The notes below the pieces were generated by a model. The model worked only from the letters and a program-made list of their open reading frames with translations, searched no databases and had not been told where the DNA came from. Source: Eledone cirrhosa (taxonomy: Eukaryota). Taken from it: a stretch of DNA of 64,000 nucleotides. The position numbers and the translations under genes were made by a program. Positions within the stretch are counted from its first letter, which is position 1. Every line of letters starts with the position of its first letter. Positions 13,527 through 27,856 of this stretch are shown one piece after another. The stretch covers positions 372,062,001 through 372,126,000 of the forward strand of contig OZ024740.1 of assembly GCA_964016885.1 (NCBI GenBank), read 5' to 3'.

Positions 13527-15967
13527 TTAACTGTATACTTTGTGAAAAGTTCTATGGAATTTATGCAGGCAGATAGAAAACAAATCTGTGCGTCTATTTA
13601 TTATAGAATCTAGGTTAGAGATAATGGTAAATTTTTCATTTAGGCAGAGATTACAGATTTTAGATAGAGAGCTGTTCAAGTATGAGGATGCAGAAGAAAT
13701 CTTCTTCCAAAAGATGGTATATTTAATGTTTTTGTCTTTTAAGGACCATATGAGTTCTGAGAGAGCAGTGTTAGTTCTTTTAAGTTTGTATTTGAAAGAT
13801 GAATGATGATTATAGAGACGAGCTTTAACAGAGGTGGAAGTGGAGCCAAAATAGGTGAAGGAATTGGTGCTAGTTATAATTTTACATTCATAAATTAAGT
13901 TTTTATCGAGACAATGGTTGTTGAGAGGACATTTATTTTTAATGCGGCAGTTGCAATTAGAGAGATTATTAATGAGTGATCTAGTGTTATCTATAGAAGG
14001 AATTGGATTGGAGAAGTTGTTTGCGATAGGAATAATAGGAATAATAGTTTCTTGATTTAGAGTTGGATTATGAACATTTAGCGAAGTTGTGTTTGACGTT
14101 GTATTTGGGTTTACAGAAGTTAGCCTAGGGTTTACAATGACGTCGGGAGTACTATTACTGTTATTATGAAATTCAATATTGGAAGGAAGAGATTTAGTAT
14201 TTAGTATTTTATTGTTGTGTTTAGAGATGATGTTGGAAATATTGGAGGATGTAGAATATGAAAATTTGATGGTGTGTTTGTTAAATATTTTACTATAGAT
14301 ATGTGAGGGAGGGAAGCATTTATTTAAGGCACTAAAAAATAATTTAGGAATATTGTTATTAATAGAGATGGAGAAAGGAGCATTATACCAGATTATGTTT
14401 TTGTATCTAGGTCTTTTATTAAAATTATTGGAATGGTCATGATTAATTATTCTACTGTAAGTTTTTCTAGAATTTGTTTCTTTACTATATTTGATTTTAT
14501 CTGGATAGCCGGCTTTAGAAAGTGCGTTATTATAGTAATTGGCGTTAGCATCAAAGATGTTTTTATTAGAAGATATGTTAGATATTCTATTTCCAATATT
14601 ATTAACTATAGCATTCTTGATATTGGTAGGATGGTTAGATTTAAAGTTAACATAATTAAGGTTCTCATTGTTTTTATGGTAAGGGTAATATAGGCCAGTG
14701 TCAAGATTAAGAGATACATCCAAGAAATTAGCTAGTTTGATACTATTATCAAATTCAATTTTTAGGTTATGTTGGTTAAAGAGATTACGTATATTGTTCT
14801 TAATAATATTAAGGTTAACTATATTGCAATTTAGGATAGTAAAGAGTCCATCGTCACGATAAATTCCACTGCGAAGTTGAGGAATTTTCCGACTCAAAGA
14901 GTTCAAAATGAAGATACCAATTAAATCAGTCAATTGGGATGAATCGGATGCTCCCATTGTGATGTCGAAGTTGTTAGAGGTATCGGCTCTGGTCCAATAT
15001 TCGTTGTTGAACTCTAGGATGGTTTTACGTGCGGTGAGGATGATGTGAAGTTCATCTGTGGTGATGTCAGAATATTTAAGTGCGAAAGATAGAGCATTAT
15101 TGAGAAGTGAAGGCGAAATGGAGGAATAGTAGCTGGCAATATCAAATTGAATAAATTTTAGTTTGTTTTTATTATCCAATTTGTTGAACCAGCCAATCAC
15201 TTCAGAAGTACCAAACCATACATTTAGGTTCAAAGAAGAGCAATTAGAACTAACCTGTGGGATAATTCTATCCAAGATGGCTTTACTAACAACCCCCAGA
15301 TCAGATTTAGAGGGGGCGATTAATCTAACAGGTAGTTCAGTGCGAAAATTGTTTTTGTGATCCTTGAGATTTATCCTCGGAGTTCTTGGGAGGAATGGTT
15401 CGGTCTTTTTTTCAATGCCAAGTTTTGACATAATCTCATAGGCTTCAAGGTTTATGCATTCTAAATTTTCATGGTTGGTTTTACGATACTTTTTCCTAAG
15501 TTCCTTTAGGATAAGGTTGTTATAATTATCCTTGGAAATACCATATAGGTTATTGGTTTTGTCAGAGTGGACTAAAACATTTTTTGAGGAATTTAGGTTA
15601 GAGATTGTGTTCTTGAGATTTACAAGGTGCTCTTGAATTTAAGATTTTTTATTATTTTAGTTAATTCTTCCTCGAATTGTACTAGATTTTTGTTGGAAGG
15701 AGGATTTCGTCTAGAATTAAAAAGATGATCGAGGAAGTTGTGTTCTTTGGTATGAAAGTTCCCTTTTAGGCGCTGGTCATAGAAATAGGCTGTCCATCTA
15801 AGTCTTCTTACGAAGGAGTCAGTTTTTTCAATAAGAAGTTTGGTGAATTCAGATTTACCAGGTATAGGAATGTCTTTAGTTGAATTGGTTATGTTGTAAT
15901 AATCCATGTTGTAGAAGAAGAGGTGAAGGACCATCAAAAGGTATCCAATATGAGAGTAAGCGCTCAA
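13527..15967 (-). CDS. Naiad-type PLE RT/GIY-YIG polyprotein with one frameshift near 15625
   Basis: Motifs: FVRRLRWTAYFY, HSDKTNNLY (RT frame is open upstream of 15431), RLIAPSKSDLG, FIQFDIASYY, FDITMGASDS, GIYRDDGL, FLDVSL, CNCR..CPL..C, LIYEC..YFGST, CNLCLNEK. Confidence 0.9.
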
Positions 15968-16161
15968 CCGTTAAGGAGCAAGTTAATGTAGGAGGTGAGT
16001 TTTATTGTAGTACAATAAAGCAATGCAGATATCGGATAAGAAGCACTCTACAGTTTGTAGGACTGGAGTATGCATAATATAAGATCAAAAGATGGTTAAA
16101 GGAGTTCCATGTATTTTATTATGCGCATTTCAAAAACAAACATCATCATGCAATAATATTT

Positions 16162-17109
16162 GGCGGACTCCGCCCTTTATAGCAGTTGGCTTAGACCCCG
16201 GATACTTGCCCCCCTTTTCCGACCGCTCCCACTATCCTCTGTGCCCTCTATATTTCTTAGTGGCACTTATGCCTTATTTTTTCGTTTCAGTATTTCTTGC
16301 TTCGCTTTTCTTCTGGGCGGGGTGGATTCTGAACTTATTTCTCCGTATTCTACCTTTATTTCGTACGAACTTTCATGTAGCTTGTTTTAGATCTTTTAGA
16401 GTTAGCATTAGTATATATTTTTCCCGGGACTCAGAATTATTATGTCGTACAAGTTCACTTTGCTGCACTGGGTCGTTGCTGGCCCGGGATGGAAACCTTT
16501 ATTGTTTATTTCGTGGTAGTCTCTTTAGTATTTTGGCCCCTTTTGTTGACCAGTCACCGTATCATTTACGTACTTATACCTCTTAAAAGGGTCCTTGCCT
16601 AATTCGTCCCACCTAGTTCTTTTACTTATTTCCTTATTTATTTATTTATTTATTTATTTACTTCTTTCTTTCTTTCTTTATTTTATTCTCGCCTAACAAT
16701 AGCCTGACACCTAGGTCGTAGAATTTAATTTTTTCTTTACACTTATTTGCTTTTCTTCACTCTCAGTATTTTTTCTTTCCTATCTTTACCCCCCATTGTT
16801 CTACCTACCGTTCCGACTTCCTCCCCCTCCCCCTCCCCTGTATCTTCTTTGACCTCATGCCCAGCTGTAGCTGGCACTACCAACGCTTGATTGGGTCTAC
16901 TCCACCCCCTCCCCTCTTTCTCCTACTGGCAGGTTTAGCCACCATCTCCCCTACTAATTTGCAACCACAGAATTACTACTGATTTTTGACAATCACTTTG
17001 ACCATATATGGAATTACCCCTTGAGAAGATCGGCTATTTAAATACCAGGATAAATGTTCATTTAGTCCAGAATTAGCCGTCGAAACGGCTTGAGCTCAGC
17101 TGTCTGGTT

Positions 17110-17110
<1 letters not shown>
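16162..17110 (+). mobile_element. 3' UTR/pLTR fragment of a different PLE family fused head-to-head to the Naiad 5' end
   Basis: Begins where the Naiad repeat is cut off, ends in an HHR motif and runs into (TA)n. Confidence 0.6.
17016..17108 (+). ncRNA. Variant hammerhead (U3-A8 core, extended stem II)
   Basis: TTGAGAA-GATCGGCTA..TAGCCGTC-GAAA-CGGCTTGAGCTCAGCTG-TC. Stem III is near-palindromic with a GUC site; stem I is imperfect. Confidence 0.65.
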
Positions 17111-17168
<58 letters not shown>

Positions 17169-17224
17169 TTATATATACATATATATATATATGTATATAC
17201 ATATATATGTACATATATAAATAT

Positions 17225-17261
<37 letters not shown>

Positions 17262-17302
17262 CGATATTAAATAAATGGAAACTATATTTATAAAACCATA
17301 TT

Positions 17303-17368
17303 TATTTCATTATATATATTTCAGGGATATCATATTAACAATATGCTATGCCTTCCTCAGACAAAATA
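17303..17368 (-). ncRNA. Type-I hammerhead in a solo pLTR fragment (17263-17450)
   Basis: Minus strand: TATTTTGT-CTGAGGA-AGG..CCCT-GAAA-TATATA-TA-ATGAAATA. Related tail fragments occur at 34580-34695 and 42935-43050. Confidence 0.75.
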
Positions 17369-17447
17369 CAATATAGACAGTTTTATAGATAAATAGATTT
17401 GACATACCGTTCAACATCGACTTGTATTTGAAAAGTTGATTTGGCAG

Positions 17448-17505
<58 letters not shown>

Positions 17506-18222
17506 AAATAGGGAGAAAAAGACGCTTATTAGGAAGAAAAAAATATTTTTTCCTTTTAATTTTTCTCTTTTTAAAATCTTTAAAACAAAATATTTTACTT
17601 TGTGTGAAGTGTTAAGGTATTAGTTAATTCATTTATTGTATTTATCTCCAGACTAGCTATTGTCCAGTTAATTTTCTTGATTTTTTAGTTGATTCTATTG
17701 ACTGATGAATAGCTTATGTTAATTTTAACCCTTCTGTTGAGAACTCTATTCGATTTGTGATGTTTTTGCATTCTTGCAAAAATATACACAACTGAATTTA
17801 TTCGCCTGATATAGGGGCTGCCTCCCTTGCCGATCCCCACGTGGAGTCAGCAATAGTTAGTCCTTGTATTAACATTGAACTAAAACTTTTTGAGAAAGTG
17901 GCTTCCTTGTTCAATCATCTTACCAGAAGCCTCACATTATTTATGTAAGCGGACGGCACTTGATTTAGGAGCCGCAGAAACCCAAATACTGGATTTTACC
18001 AACCTTCCAGGGGTCCGGGTAATTTTTCAATACCCGAATTACTTGATCGTTTTTTTGGGCTATGCGAATGATTGTTTAACCATCGTCTCAGTGTGTTTGG
18101 CCTTTAACGTTTGTTATAGCTCTGGTTCATCTGAATCATTGAGCACTTGCCACACATCTCGGAGGTTGTTTTTCGTTATTTCGTGGGCCGAAAGGCGAAT
18201 CTCGATAATTTATGTTTGTATA

Positions 18223-19302
18223 TCTATATATATAAAACTGTGGTTGTCTGTCTGTCTATCGATTTTTGGCACACATCTCCTCTTAGAATCTCTCACGGAA
18301 TTGCACCGAAATTGCTATACTTGTACATTGAGCCCTAGCGAAGACATCGGAAAAAAATATTTCAAATTGACCCGCCCTATCTGACGAAATCGAATATAAT
18401 GTATCGATTTTTGAGCGTAAGTGATCAGTTATTTCCCTTTGTTCTGTTTACATTGAGCGTCTGCGTGCAAAAATAAAAAAAAATACGCTGGCTTTCTCAG
18501 CGTTTAAAATGACATTAACACACTGCAAAATTCATCAGTTCGAACACTAAGCTTCCGTTTTGCTTCATTTCCATTTAAAAGCCTTTTAAAACAATATTTT
18601 TACTTGAAAACAAGTCTATTTAAAGACTACGTAAAACAAGCAAATATTTCGTAAAAAAAAAGCAAAAATTATATAAGTTTATTTAAAATATATGTATCTG
18701 TAAATTTCGTTAGGCGTGCAGACAGACTTTAAGCCAAAAAAGAAACTTAACATTGTAACTTTAACACAGCTACTGAGCGACCCCGAGCAACGCCGGGCTG
18801 TATCTGTAAATTTCGTTAGGCGTGCAGACAGACAGTCGTGCAGACAGATAGTCGTGCAGAGAGGTGATATACGCGTGCAGACAGATAGTCGTGCAGAGAG
18901 GTGATATACGCGTGCAGACAGACAGTCGTGCAGAGAGGTGATATAGGCGTGCAGACAGACAGTCGTGCAGAGAGGTGATATAGGCGTGCAGACAGACATA
19001 ACTGATAATTTGGTTACGCTAATGTTTTTCTCTGCGTTGCAGTGTTTACATTTTCGATCTTTGTTAATAAATAACCAGTGCAGTTTTTATCCCCAGCATC
19101 CTCTTTTGCTATAACATTCGGGTTATCGTTATGTTTTCTTAACTTCATAAGGCATATTGTTGGTTGAGGGAATATTAATCAAAAACACCACATGCAAGTC
19201 TGCACAGTAGACACTACATTTTTTAAGCCAGAAAAGAAACTTAACATTGTAACTTTAACACAGCTACTGAGCGACCCCGAGCAACGCCGGGCTTTACTGG
19301 TA

Positions 19303-19303
<1 letters not shown>
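18223..19303 (+). mobile_element. Non-autonomous Helitron with internal minisatellite
   Basis: 5' end A|TCTATATATATAAAACTG. 3' hairpin CCCGAGCAACGCCGGG (19276-19291) is followed by GTAG|T (CTAG variant). A 36-bp repeat GCGTGCAGACAGACAGTCGTGCAGAGAGGTGATATA spans 18820-19000, and a second hairpin copy lies at 18782-18797. Confidence 0.75.
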
Positions 19304-19387
<84 letters not shown>

Positions 19388-19403
19388 AGTTTTAATATAA
19401 ATG

Positions 19404-19454
19404 AGATTCTACAGGACTAGAACTGTTTCATTCTTTAGAAATCATCAGGAATCT
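19404..19454 (-). ncRNA. Type-I hammerhead, canonical, in pLTR-like repeat 19385-19900
   Basis: Reverse complement of the motif at 31746-31796. Confidence 0.85.
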
Positions 19455-19898
19455 GGTGGCTTGCCAAAAATAAATGTTGTGGTATTTATATATTTTCAGG
19501 TGGTAGAAGAGGGTGGGGTGTGGGATGGGTGGAGGTCATTGGTTGAAATCAAAGGGAATTCCTTAAAAGCTAATTCTTTAAGGCTATAATTTATATTTAG
19601 AGTGACAAAGGTAGAAAGAATTCTATAAACAAGTTCGGAATGGGGTGCCAGTCCTTATTTTTAAGTTTCTCTTAAGCTAACAATGCCTATATTTCAGGTG
19701 TCTATAAGATGGTTGGGGGTCGGTCATGGTTGATAGATTTAAAGAAAAGAGAAAATTTTAAAAGCTAATTCTTTAAAGCTCTACTTAGAGTGAAAAGGCC
19801 AAGACAATTCTATAACCAGTTCAAAATATTGGGTGCCTATCATATCATATCATTATTGTCATATTTCTCTTAAGCTATATTCCAGGTGCCAACAGACA

Positions 19899-20033
<135 letters not shown>

Positions 20034-20083
20034 TAGCTTTCTCTCTATCCATGAGGTTAGATGTGTCGTGAACAGAATCCACA

Positions 20084-20149
20084 TTTACTGACTGAGGCTG
20101 TTAAACTGCACATTTCTGTGGCGAAACGAACTAGATTCGTATCAGCAAA
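20084..20149 (+). ncRNA. Degenerate hammerhead (core deletion)
   Basis: TTTACTGA-CTGAG-GCTG..TGGC-GAAA-CGAACTAGATTCG-TA-TCAGCAAA. Stems I and III are recognisable; the CUGANGA box is short by about 2 nt. Confidence 0.55.
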
Positions 20150-20444
20150 CTTATAGTTATAAGGTTGGTAATTTAAAACTCTACTTCAGAGATTTGATTC
20201 TGACTTAGTTTTTTTCTATTTAATTGGTAACCTGTAGATATTGTTCTCCATACAGTAACGGTTAAACTCACTTGTAATAATTCTTTACACACATCTCACT
20301 GTGTAACACACTTCTCTTTGTGTAATATATTTGTATTTGAGCTCAGAAGAAAATTCTCTATTCTTCTTTGAGCTAATATTATTATTATTACTGTGAACTG
20401 CGGAATACTCTTAAATCCGATCCTCGTATATATATATATACACA

Positions 20445-20528
<84 letters not shown>

Positions 20529-20529
20529 T

Positions 20530-23500
20530 AGATAGGTAAATATACACGGGTGTGTATGATTGTGTATAGAAGATTATATTAATAAGAGGAATTCCAACTT
20601 TGTCTGATTTACTCGTTTTATTTACAATCCTTTAAAATTTATAATGGTATTATAATGAAATAGTATGATAGAATATTAAATTCTAAGTGTTAATTGAACA
20701 AGTACTTTTATGCTTTCGCAATCTTCAGGTTCATAATATGGGGTGACAGTCAAGTTTGCAATTTTCAACTGTAATAAGATGGGTAAATTTCCTAACTTTT
20801 ATACATTTTATACAGGGAAAAGAGGCTCCAGAATGCTAAGCCCAGCAAACTGTATTTCGACCAATCAGTGTGTAGTTTCACTGAATTACTAAAGCTGATT
20901 GGTTTAAGCGTCACGGCTGGTTGAGCATGTCTAACGACCAATAATTAATCATATCCAAAGCATCAATTGTTTTGCTATTTTTAGAAATGATGAAAATAGC
21001 ATTTTCTATTAATCATCACTGTCAACATCACTTTTATTATTATTATTATTATTGTTGTTGTTGTTGTTGTTGTTGTTAGTGGTCGTAGTCATAGTGGTAG
21101 TAGAAGTAATACCCCTAAGCGTTATTATTGTTCATTTAGCTTGGGTTTGAATTTATCAATAAAATTCTTCTCTTTGATTTATCTCTTGAGTTCACTTGGG
21201 CTGTGTAATTTGTAGAATGGGAATATTATAAATATTCCCTGACCACATGTTGCTAGATGGTTACTTAGGGGTATCTGATGGACATTTGGGTCTCTGATTT
21301 GTTGACGGTGTACTCGTGCACGTTCCGATAGTGCATTTCCAGTTTGACCGACATATAGTTCTTCACAATTCGAGCATTTAATGCAGTAAATTAGATTTCT
21401 GCTTTTGCAGTTCATATTTGCATTTGGGAATATTTTTCCAGTTTTTGTTTTCATATATTGACCGGCGTGTATGGATTGACATGTGCCGCATCGACTATCA
21501 TTGCATTTAGATACAGTGAATGATTGGTCTGTGTTGTTAAGGTCAAACTTTGCTTTTGTTAGTAATTGCTTCAAATTTTTTGGCTGTCTTTTACTAAGAG
21601 TCAAAGATCAATCTGTGATTAAGCCTTTTAATTCATTACTTTGAGCAATGATTGGTAGGTTTGCTTTGGCAGTGTTGAAGATATTCTGGTGACATGGGTT
21701 GTGTGTCATTATAAATGGTATGACCAGTTCTTGGTTTCTTCTTCCTTGGGTTGTCCTAAGTTGTTGTATAGGTATTTTTATAGCCCGCTGTATGCCATTT
21801 TCTATAAGTAGAGATGGGTATTTTTGTTTGAGCAAACATTCTCTTAGTTCTGTTAGGCGTTTGTACCTGGTATTCGTATCTTCTACAATGGTACAAATTC
21901 TTCTGGCTAGGCAGTATGCGATGTTGCGTTTTGTATGAGGTGGATGGCACGACTTAAAATTCAGATATTGATGGGTGTCTGTGTGTCATCAATAGCTTCA
22001 TATTTGGCTTTGTAGCGGGATTGTTTACATTCAGAAATGGAGATGTCGGTCCTGAATTTTGTCAATGTAAGTTCCCATCGGAGTTTTGTTTCTTCTTCTG
22101 ATAATGGTGGTGTCGTTTTTGATTATCATTATATCTAGGAATGGTAATTTGGTCCTACTCATCTCTTTTGTGAATTGGAGAGATGGGTGTATGTTATTCA
22201 GGAGGATATTGAACTCATCCAGAGTATCTAGAGATTCTGTCCAGATGATGAAACAGTCGTCAAGGTATCTCTTCCAAGATTTTTCAATGTACTTTCTAAA
22301 GTCAGTACTATATTTTTCCTCTATTTCTTGGTAGAGTTGTTGTTCTAAGTATCCCATTACAGAGTTCGCGTAAACGGGAGCAAACTTCGTTCCCATCGCT
22401 GTGCCTCTAATGTGGATGTAATTCTTTCCATTGAAGAAGAAAGTGTTGTTTTCCAGAATAAGTTTAACTGCGTCTAATATAAATGGCGCTGTGAATCTGA
22501 TGGGAATCACTTCTCTATGTTTTTCCACCCAGTATTTAACCGCCTTTATTCCTAAATCATGTGTAATGTTGGTGTAAAGGCTTACCACATCAAAACTGAG
22601 TAGAAGTGAATTCTTTTCCGTGGTTTTGGGAAGATGGGACAGGAAGTCGATATCATCCCGGATGAAACTGGGTATGTGAATACATAGTGGCTTCAATATA
22701 ATGTCAACAAAATTGCTTAGATGGTGGGTGGGGCATGTTGGACCAGCTATAATAGGTCTAAGTTTTAAGTCTTTTTGGTGTAATAATTTAATGTACTCAC
22801 TGTTTTGTTCTCTTACTGCCAGTTGTATTTCTTTTGACTTATGAACTTTCGGTAGGCCATACAGGTCGCTGGGTTTCGGCTCAAAATTGGGGATGTAGTC
22901 TCTTTCCTTATCAGTAAGTGAGTTGTGGTATTTTGAAGCCAGGTTGTTGATCTTCTTCATGATGTTGTGGTCTATATTTGACGGTATTTCATGATAGAAT
23001 GTGTTTTTCAGTTGTTCCTCAACCAAAATTTTGTAGTATTCAGTATCCATTATAACAACTGCACCCCCTTTATCTGCTTGTTTAATTATTATTGTTTTAT
23101 CATTTTGTATACGTTTAAGTGCAGACATTTCTGATTTGTTAATGTTTGGCCTAACATTAGTATTATGTCTAAGAGGAAATTTAGACAGGATGTCAATGTA
23201 TAGGTCGAGATAGATATTTCTTCCTTTTGGCGGAGTGAAATTTGATTTATTCTTTACTAGTGATTCATCACTCTCATTACTTTTATCAGCGAAGAATTCT
23301 ACAAGACGTAATTTTCGACAGAATTCTTGGGTATCCTCCTTCAGTTCTTGGTGGTTGACTGTTGGAGTCGGTGTGAATTTCAATCCTGTTGACAGAATTT
23401 GCATTTCATCATATCAAGATCTCTTTTAGATAAATTAATTATTTTAGGATCTACGTGTACAGTTGTTTTGGGTATGTTTCCTCCCGGAGTTTTTCTTTTT

Positions 23501-24748
23501 CCGGTTTTTGTTGTCCTGACGTTAAAAAATGGATTTTTCTCTGTTCAGGATTTATATTCCTGTTGGTGTTCGCTTGATGAACTTTTGGTCGTGATATTAT
23601 ATTTGGTTTCGTTATGTATTTTGTCCTATTTTTGGTATTCTGTATATTATTTTTCTTCCTGTTAGCATTATTTTTAACAATCTGGGGAAATGACCTAGGT
23701 TTGCTTTCAGGTTTAGATCGTTTTTTCGTCCAGTTTCTTGTGGGCAATCTCTGTTGAGATCTTGAGAGTGATCTGGTTATTCTACGTTTTGTTTCCACAT
23801 TCCTTGTTGGTAGTCTCTGTTGAGATCTTGAGAATGATCTCCTGGTTTTACTACTTCTCATGGTCTGGTCAAAGGAATATCTATCGTGTTTGTGCTTTTT
23901 GTTCATGTTGTGTGCGATAGGGTGTTTTTGTAGAAAAAGCGAAGAGTTATTACCGTAGTTCTTCTTTGATTCAAGGTAAGGTGAGTGTTTGTGTTGGCAC
24001 GTGTTCTGGCGTATGTTGTGTTGATGAGATTGTCCACTTTTAATGCTTTTTCTCAGGGTTCCAGAGTCTTTACCGTAATTTGCAGCATATTCGTCGAGAA
24101 ATAATTGTTTCTGCTGCCATACCTTTCTTGATTTGTTTTCTTCTTTTGAGATATCTCTGATCCATAGTTCTCGTAGTTTTTCAGCTATAATACCAGTCGT
24201 TAGCTTTGAAATTTCAACTTCAATTTGGTCATCAATAGCTTCATATTTGGCTTTGTAGCGGGATTGTTTACATTCAGAAATGGAGATGTCGGTCCTGAAT
24301 TTTGTCAATCTAAGTTCCCATCGGAGTTTTGTTTCTTCTTCTGGTTCTCCTGCAATTTCTGTAATTAGATATTTACGAGGGAGTATGGGTGTCGTTAGAG
24401 AGAGCCATTTCGAATGTGTTTCGACATATTTTTCGCATATTTTTTGTATGCTTTCCAGAAATGTTGTTTTCTTATGTTAAGGAATTTTTTCCATGTCTTC
24501 CACATTTCTTTTCTTATTCGATGTGTTTTGTTTTCCAAATTTCTTTCGTTTATTTCTGACATCCAAGGGGGTTGTGGTAGGCTTTCTCTTGTATATTTGA
24601 TAACTGTTGGTATAATTTCAGTTAAATTCTTAATTTCAGAGTTTATATGTTCAGTTATAAGTTTTCCGTCTGTAGATTGTTTTTCTATTTCTTTTAAAAT
24701 AGAGGATTGTGTGTCCATCATCGTGATAAGTGTTGATAATTTCGATGA
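20530..24748 (-). mobile_element. Penelope-like element, Neptune-type, disrupted
   Basis: ORF pieces 24721-23451 (N-terminal region), 23404-22031 (RT) and 21835-21130 (thumb, CNDSRCGTC linker, LIYCIKC..YVGQTG GIY-YIG). The 3' pLTR has an HHR at 20695-20733 (GAAA changed to AAAA). Confidence 0.9.
22031..23404 (-). pseudogene. PLE reverse transcriptase, truncated by a 116-bp internal insertion
   Basis: LSTGLKFTPTP, ADKGGAVV, LRPIIAG, FDVVSLYTNI, GTAMGTKFAP, WKRYLDDCF, LPFLDI. Confidence 0.9.
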
Positions 24749-24776
24749 TATATATATATATATATATATATATATG

Positions 24777-25078
24777 GAGGAAGTTAAAGTTCACATGAAG
24801 CATTGTGTAATGAGGTATAAACGTTTGAATTTGTAAAGTCAAACAATGCAGGTATGGACATAGAATAAAAATATACCATTTCCTGTCAGCATGACTTGGC
24901 AAGCTATTTAGAACACTGGGTTAACCGCTTTACTTCCCTCCGAAGAAGAGATATTATCTCGAAAATTAAGGACATTTAAATAAATCTAAAGTAAAAGACT
25001 AATTGTCAACAATATCTTTTGCATTTGCATTTTTATTCTATATCCATACCTGCATTGTTTGGCTTTACAAATTCAAAC

Positions 25079-25086
<8 letters not shown>
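24777..25086. repeat. Head-to-head pLTR fragments with a hammerhead variant at 24937-24971 (+)
   Basis: About 55-bp inverted arms (~24816-24872 vs ~25029-25085). Motif CCT-CCGAAGA-AGAGATATTATCTC-GAAA-AT-TA-AGG has a U4C core change. Confidence 0.7.
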
Positions 25087-26326
<1,240 letters not shown>

Positions 26327-26972
26327 TATTTTCCGTTGTGTTGTAATATAAATATTACACACAGTAGATTATCAGCTCACGTAGAGTTTGCTCGACGGTT
26401 CCAGTTGTGTAAGTATATATGTGTATATAGATGTGTATGTATGTGTATGTGTGTACACATGGACTAGAGTATGTATGTATATATGTGTGTGTCTATACGT
26501 GTGTATATAAAGATAAGTCGAGTATGAAAATGTATACACATGAGCGCGTATGTATGTACATGAATACATGTGTGTATATATATGTGTATGCATGTGTATA
26601 TATATGTAAGTATGAATATGTGAATTGTGAGTATATGTATTTTGTAGAGGTGCGCAAATATATTTGTGTGTGAATGCGTGGGTGAAAGGATACGTACACT
26701 TGAAAGAAAAATTTAAGTCTGAATGTTAATTAAGTGCAAACACAAAACCAACCACGCATATCTTTACTATCTCTAATCCTTCTATAGATTTAGAAAAATA
26801 ACCAATAATATATTCTATAAAAAATGTCAAAACAACAGATGGGAATCTAATTACTCACTGCCACCAAGAATTCTCACTGCTATCGAAAAACCACTCCTTC
26901 AACTATTCTTCTAACAACTTCACCCCTCCCTCCTAATATTCTCTATAAATATTAAATAGGTCCTCAGTAATA

Positions 26973-27092
26973 TTATTCTGATGAAATGACAGTAAATAAT
27001 AACATTGAAATATTGAATGTCAGCATAACTAAAAGTTTGTAGATAGCAACTGTTTTAGGTTATGTAACTGTTATAGAAACACGTGTCAATAA
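26973..27092 (+). ncRNA. Type-I hammerhead with ~90-nt branched stem II in a solo pLTR
   Basis: TTATT-CTGATGA-AATGACAGT...ACTGTTATA-GAAA-CACGTG-TC-AATAA; GUC site, palindromic stem III. Confidence 0.85.
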
Positions 27093-27137
27093 ATTCCTTT
27101 CAACTAAACTGTATCCATTCAAATCTTTCTATATCTA

Positions 27138-27351
<214 letters not shown>

Positions 27352-27467
27352 GGCGTGTGGCTGAGTGGTTAGAGAATTGGATTCGCAATCGTAAGGTTGT
27401 GAGTTCGATTCCTGGACCAGGCGATGCGTTATGTCCTTGAGCAAGACACTTTATTTCACGTTGCTCC
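27352..27467 (+). mobile_element. tRNA-derived SINE 5' part (second copy 34749-34847)
   Basis: A box TGGCTGAGTGG, B box GAGTTCGATTCC, then TGTCCTTGAGCAAGACACTT, a conserved SINE body motif. Confidence 0.8.
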
Positions 27468-27604
27468 TTCTACCTGGAGTTGCGACCGATAGATAGTATT
27501 AGCAATTGGAAAGACCAACGCAAACATTGTTCCCTCGGTCCGATTTGACGAAAGTCGATCGTTCCTATAAAATATATATATATATATATTTTATAGGAAC
27601 GATC

Positions 27605-27640
<36 letters not shown>

Positions 27641-27666
27641 TTATATATATACTTATATATATACAC

Positions 27667-27699
<33 letters not shown>

Positions 27700-27714
27700 C
27701 TTATATATATGCAC

Positions 27715-27751
<37 letters not shown>

Positions 27752-27801
27752 CATATATGTATATATATATGTATATATATATATGTATACATATATATAT
27801 G

Positions 27802-27856
<55 letters not shown>

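Larger units (their letters stand above)
12385..16161 (-). mobile_element. Penelope-like element, Naiad-type, near full length
   Basis: An ~88-bp direct repeat sits at both ends (12385-12471, 16074-16161). It encloses an RT + GIY-YIG ORF and an ~1.1-kb 3' UTR with an internal ~230-bp duplication and a terminal HHR. Confidence 0.9.

Noticed and set aside
16092-16586. 164-aa ORF as a host membrane protein (likewise 17890-18384, 55981-56529)
   Set aside because: These ORFs span element junctions or T-rich UTRs, and the hydrophobicity reflects base composition.
17810-17870. GGGGCTGCCTCCCTTGCCGATCCCC as an HDV-like ribozyme
   Set aside because: I could not assemble P1, P2 and P1.1 convincingly.
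18820-19000. 36-bp repeats as a CRISPR array
   Set aside because: No unique spacers and no cas genes; it is a eukaryotic Helitron-internal minisatellite.
21608-21610. In-frame TGA between thumb and endonuclease of the 20.5-kb PLE as selenocysteine
   Set aside because: The position is not a Cys site in the homologous 38-kb element, and this copy has other stops and frameshifts.
27352-27420. Functional tRNA gene
   Set aside because: A and B boxes are present but the acceptor stem does not pair, and it continues into a SINE body.
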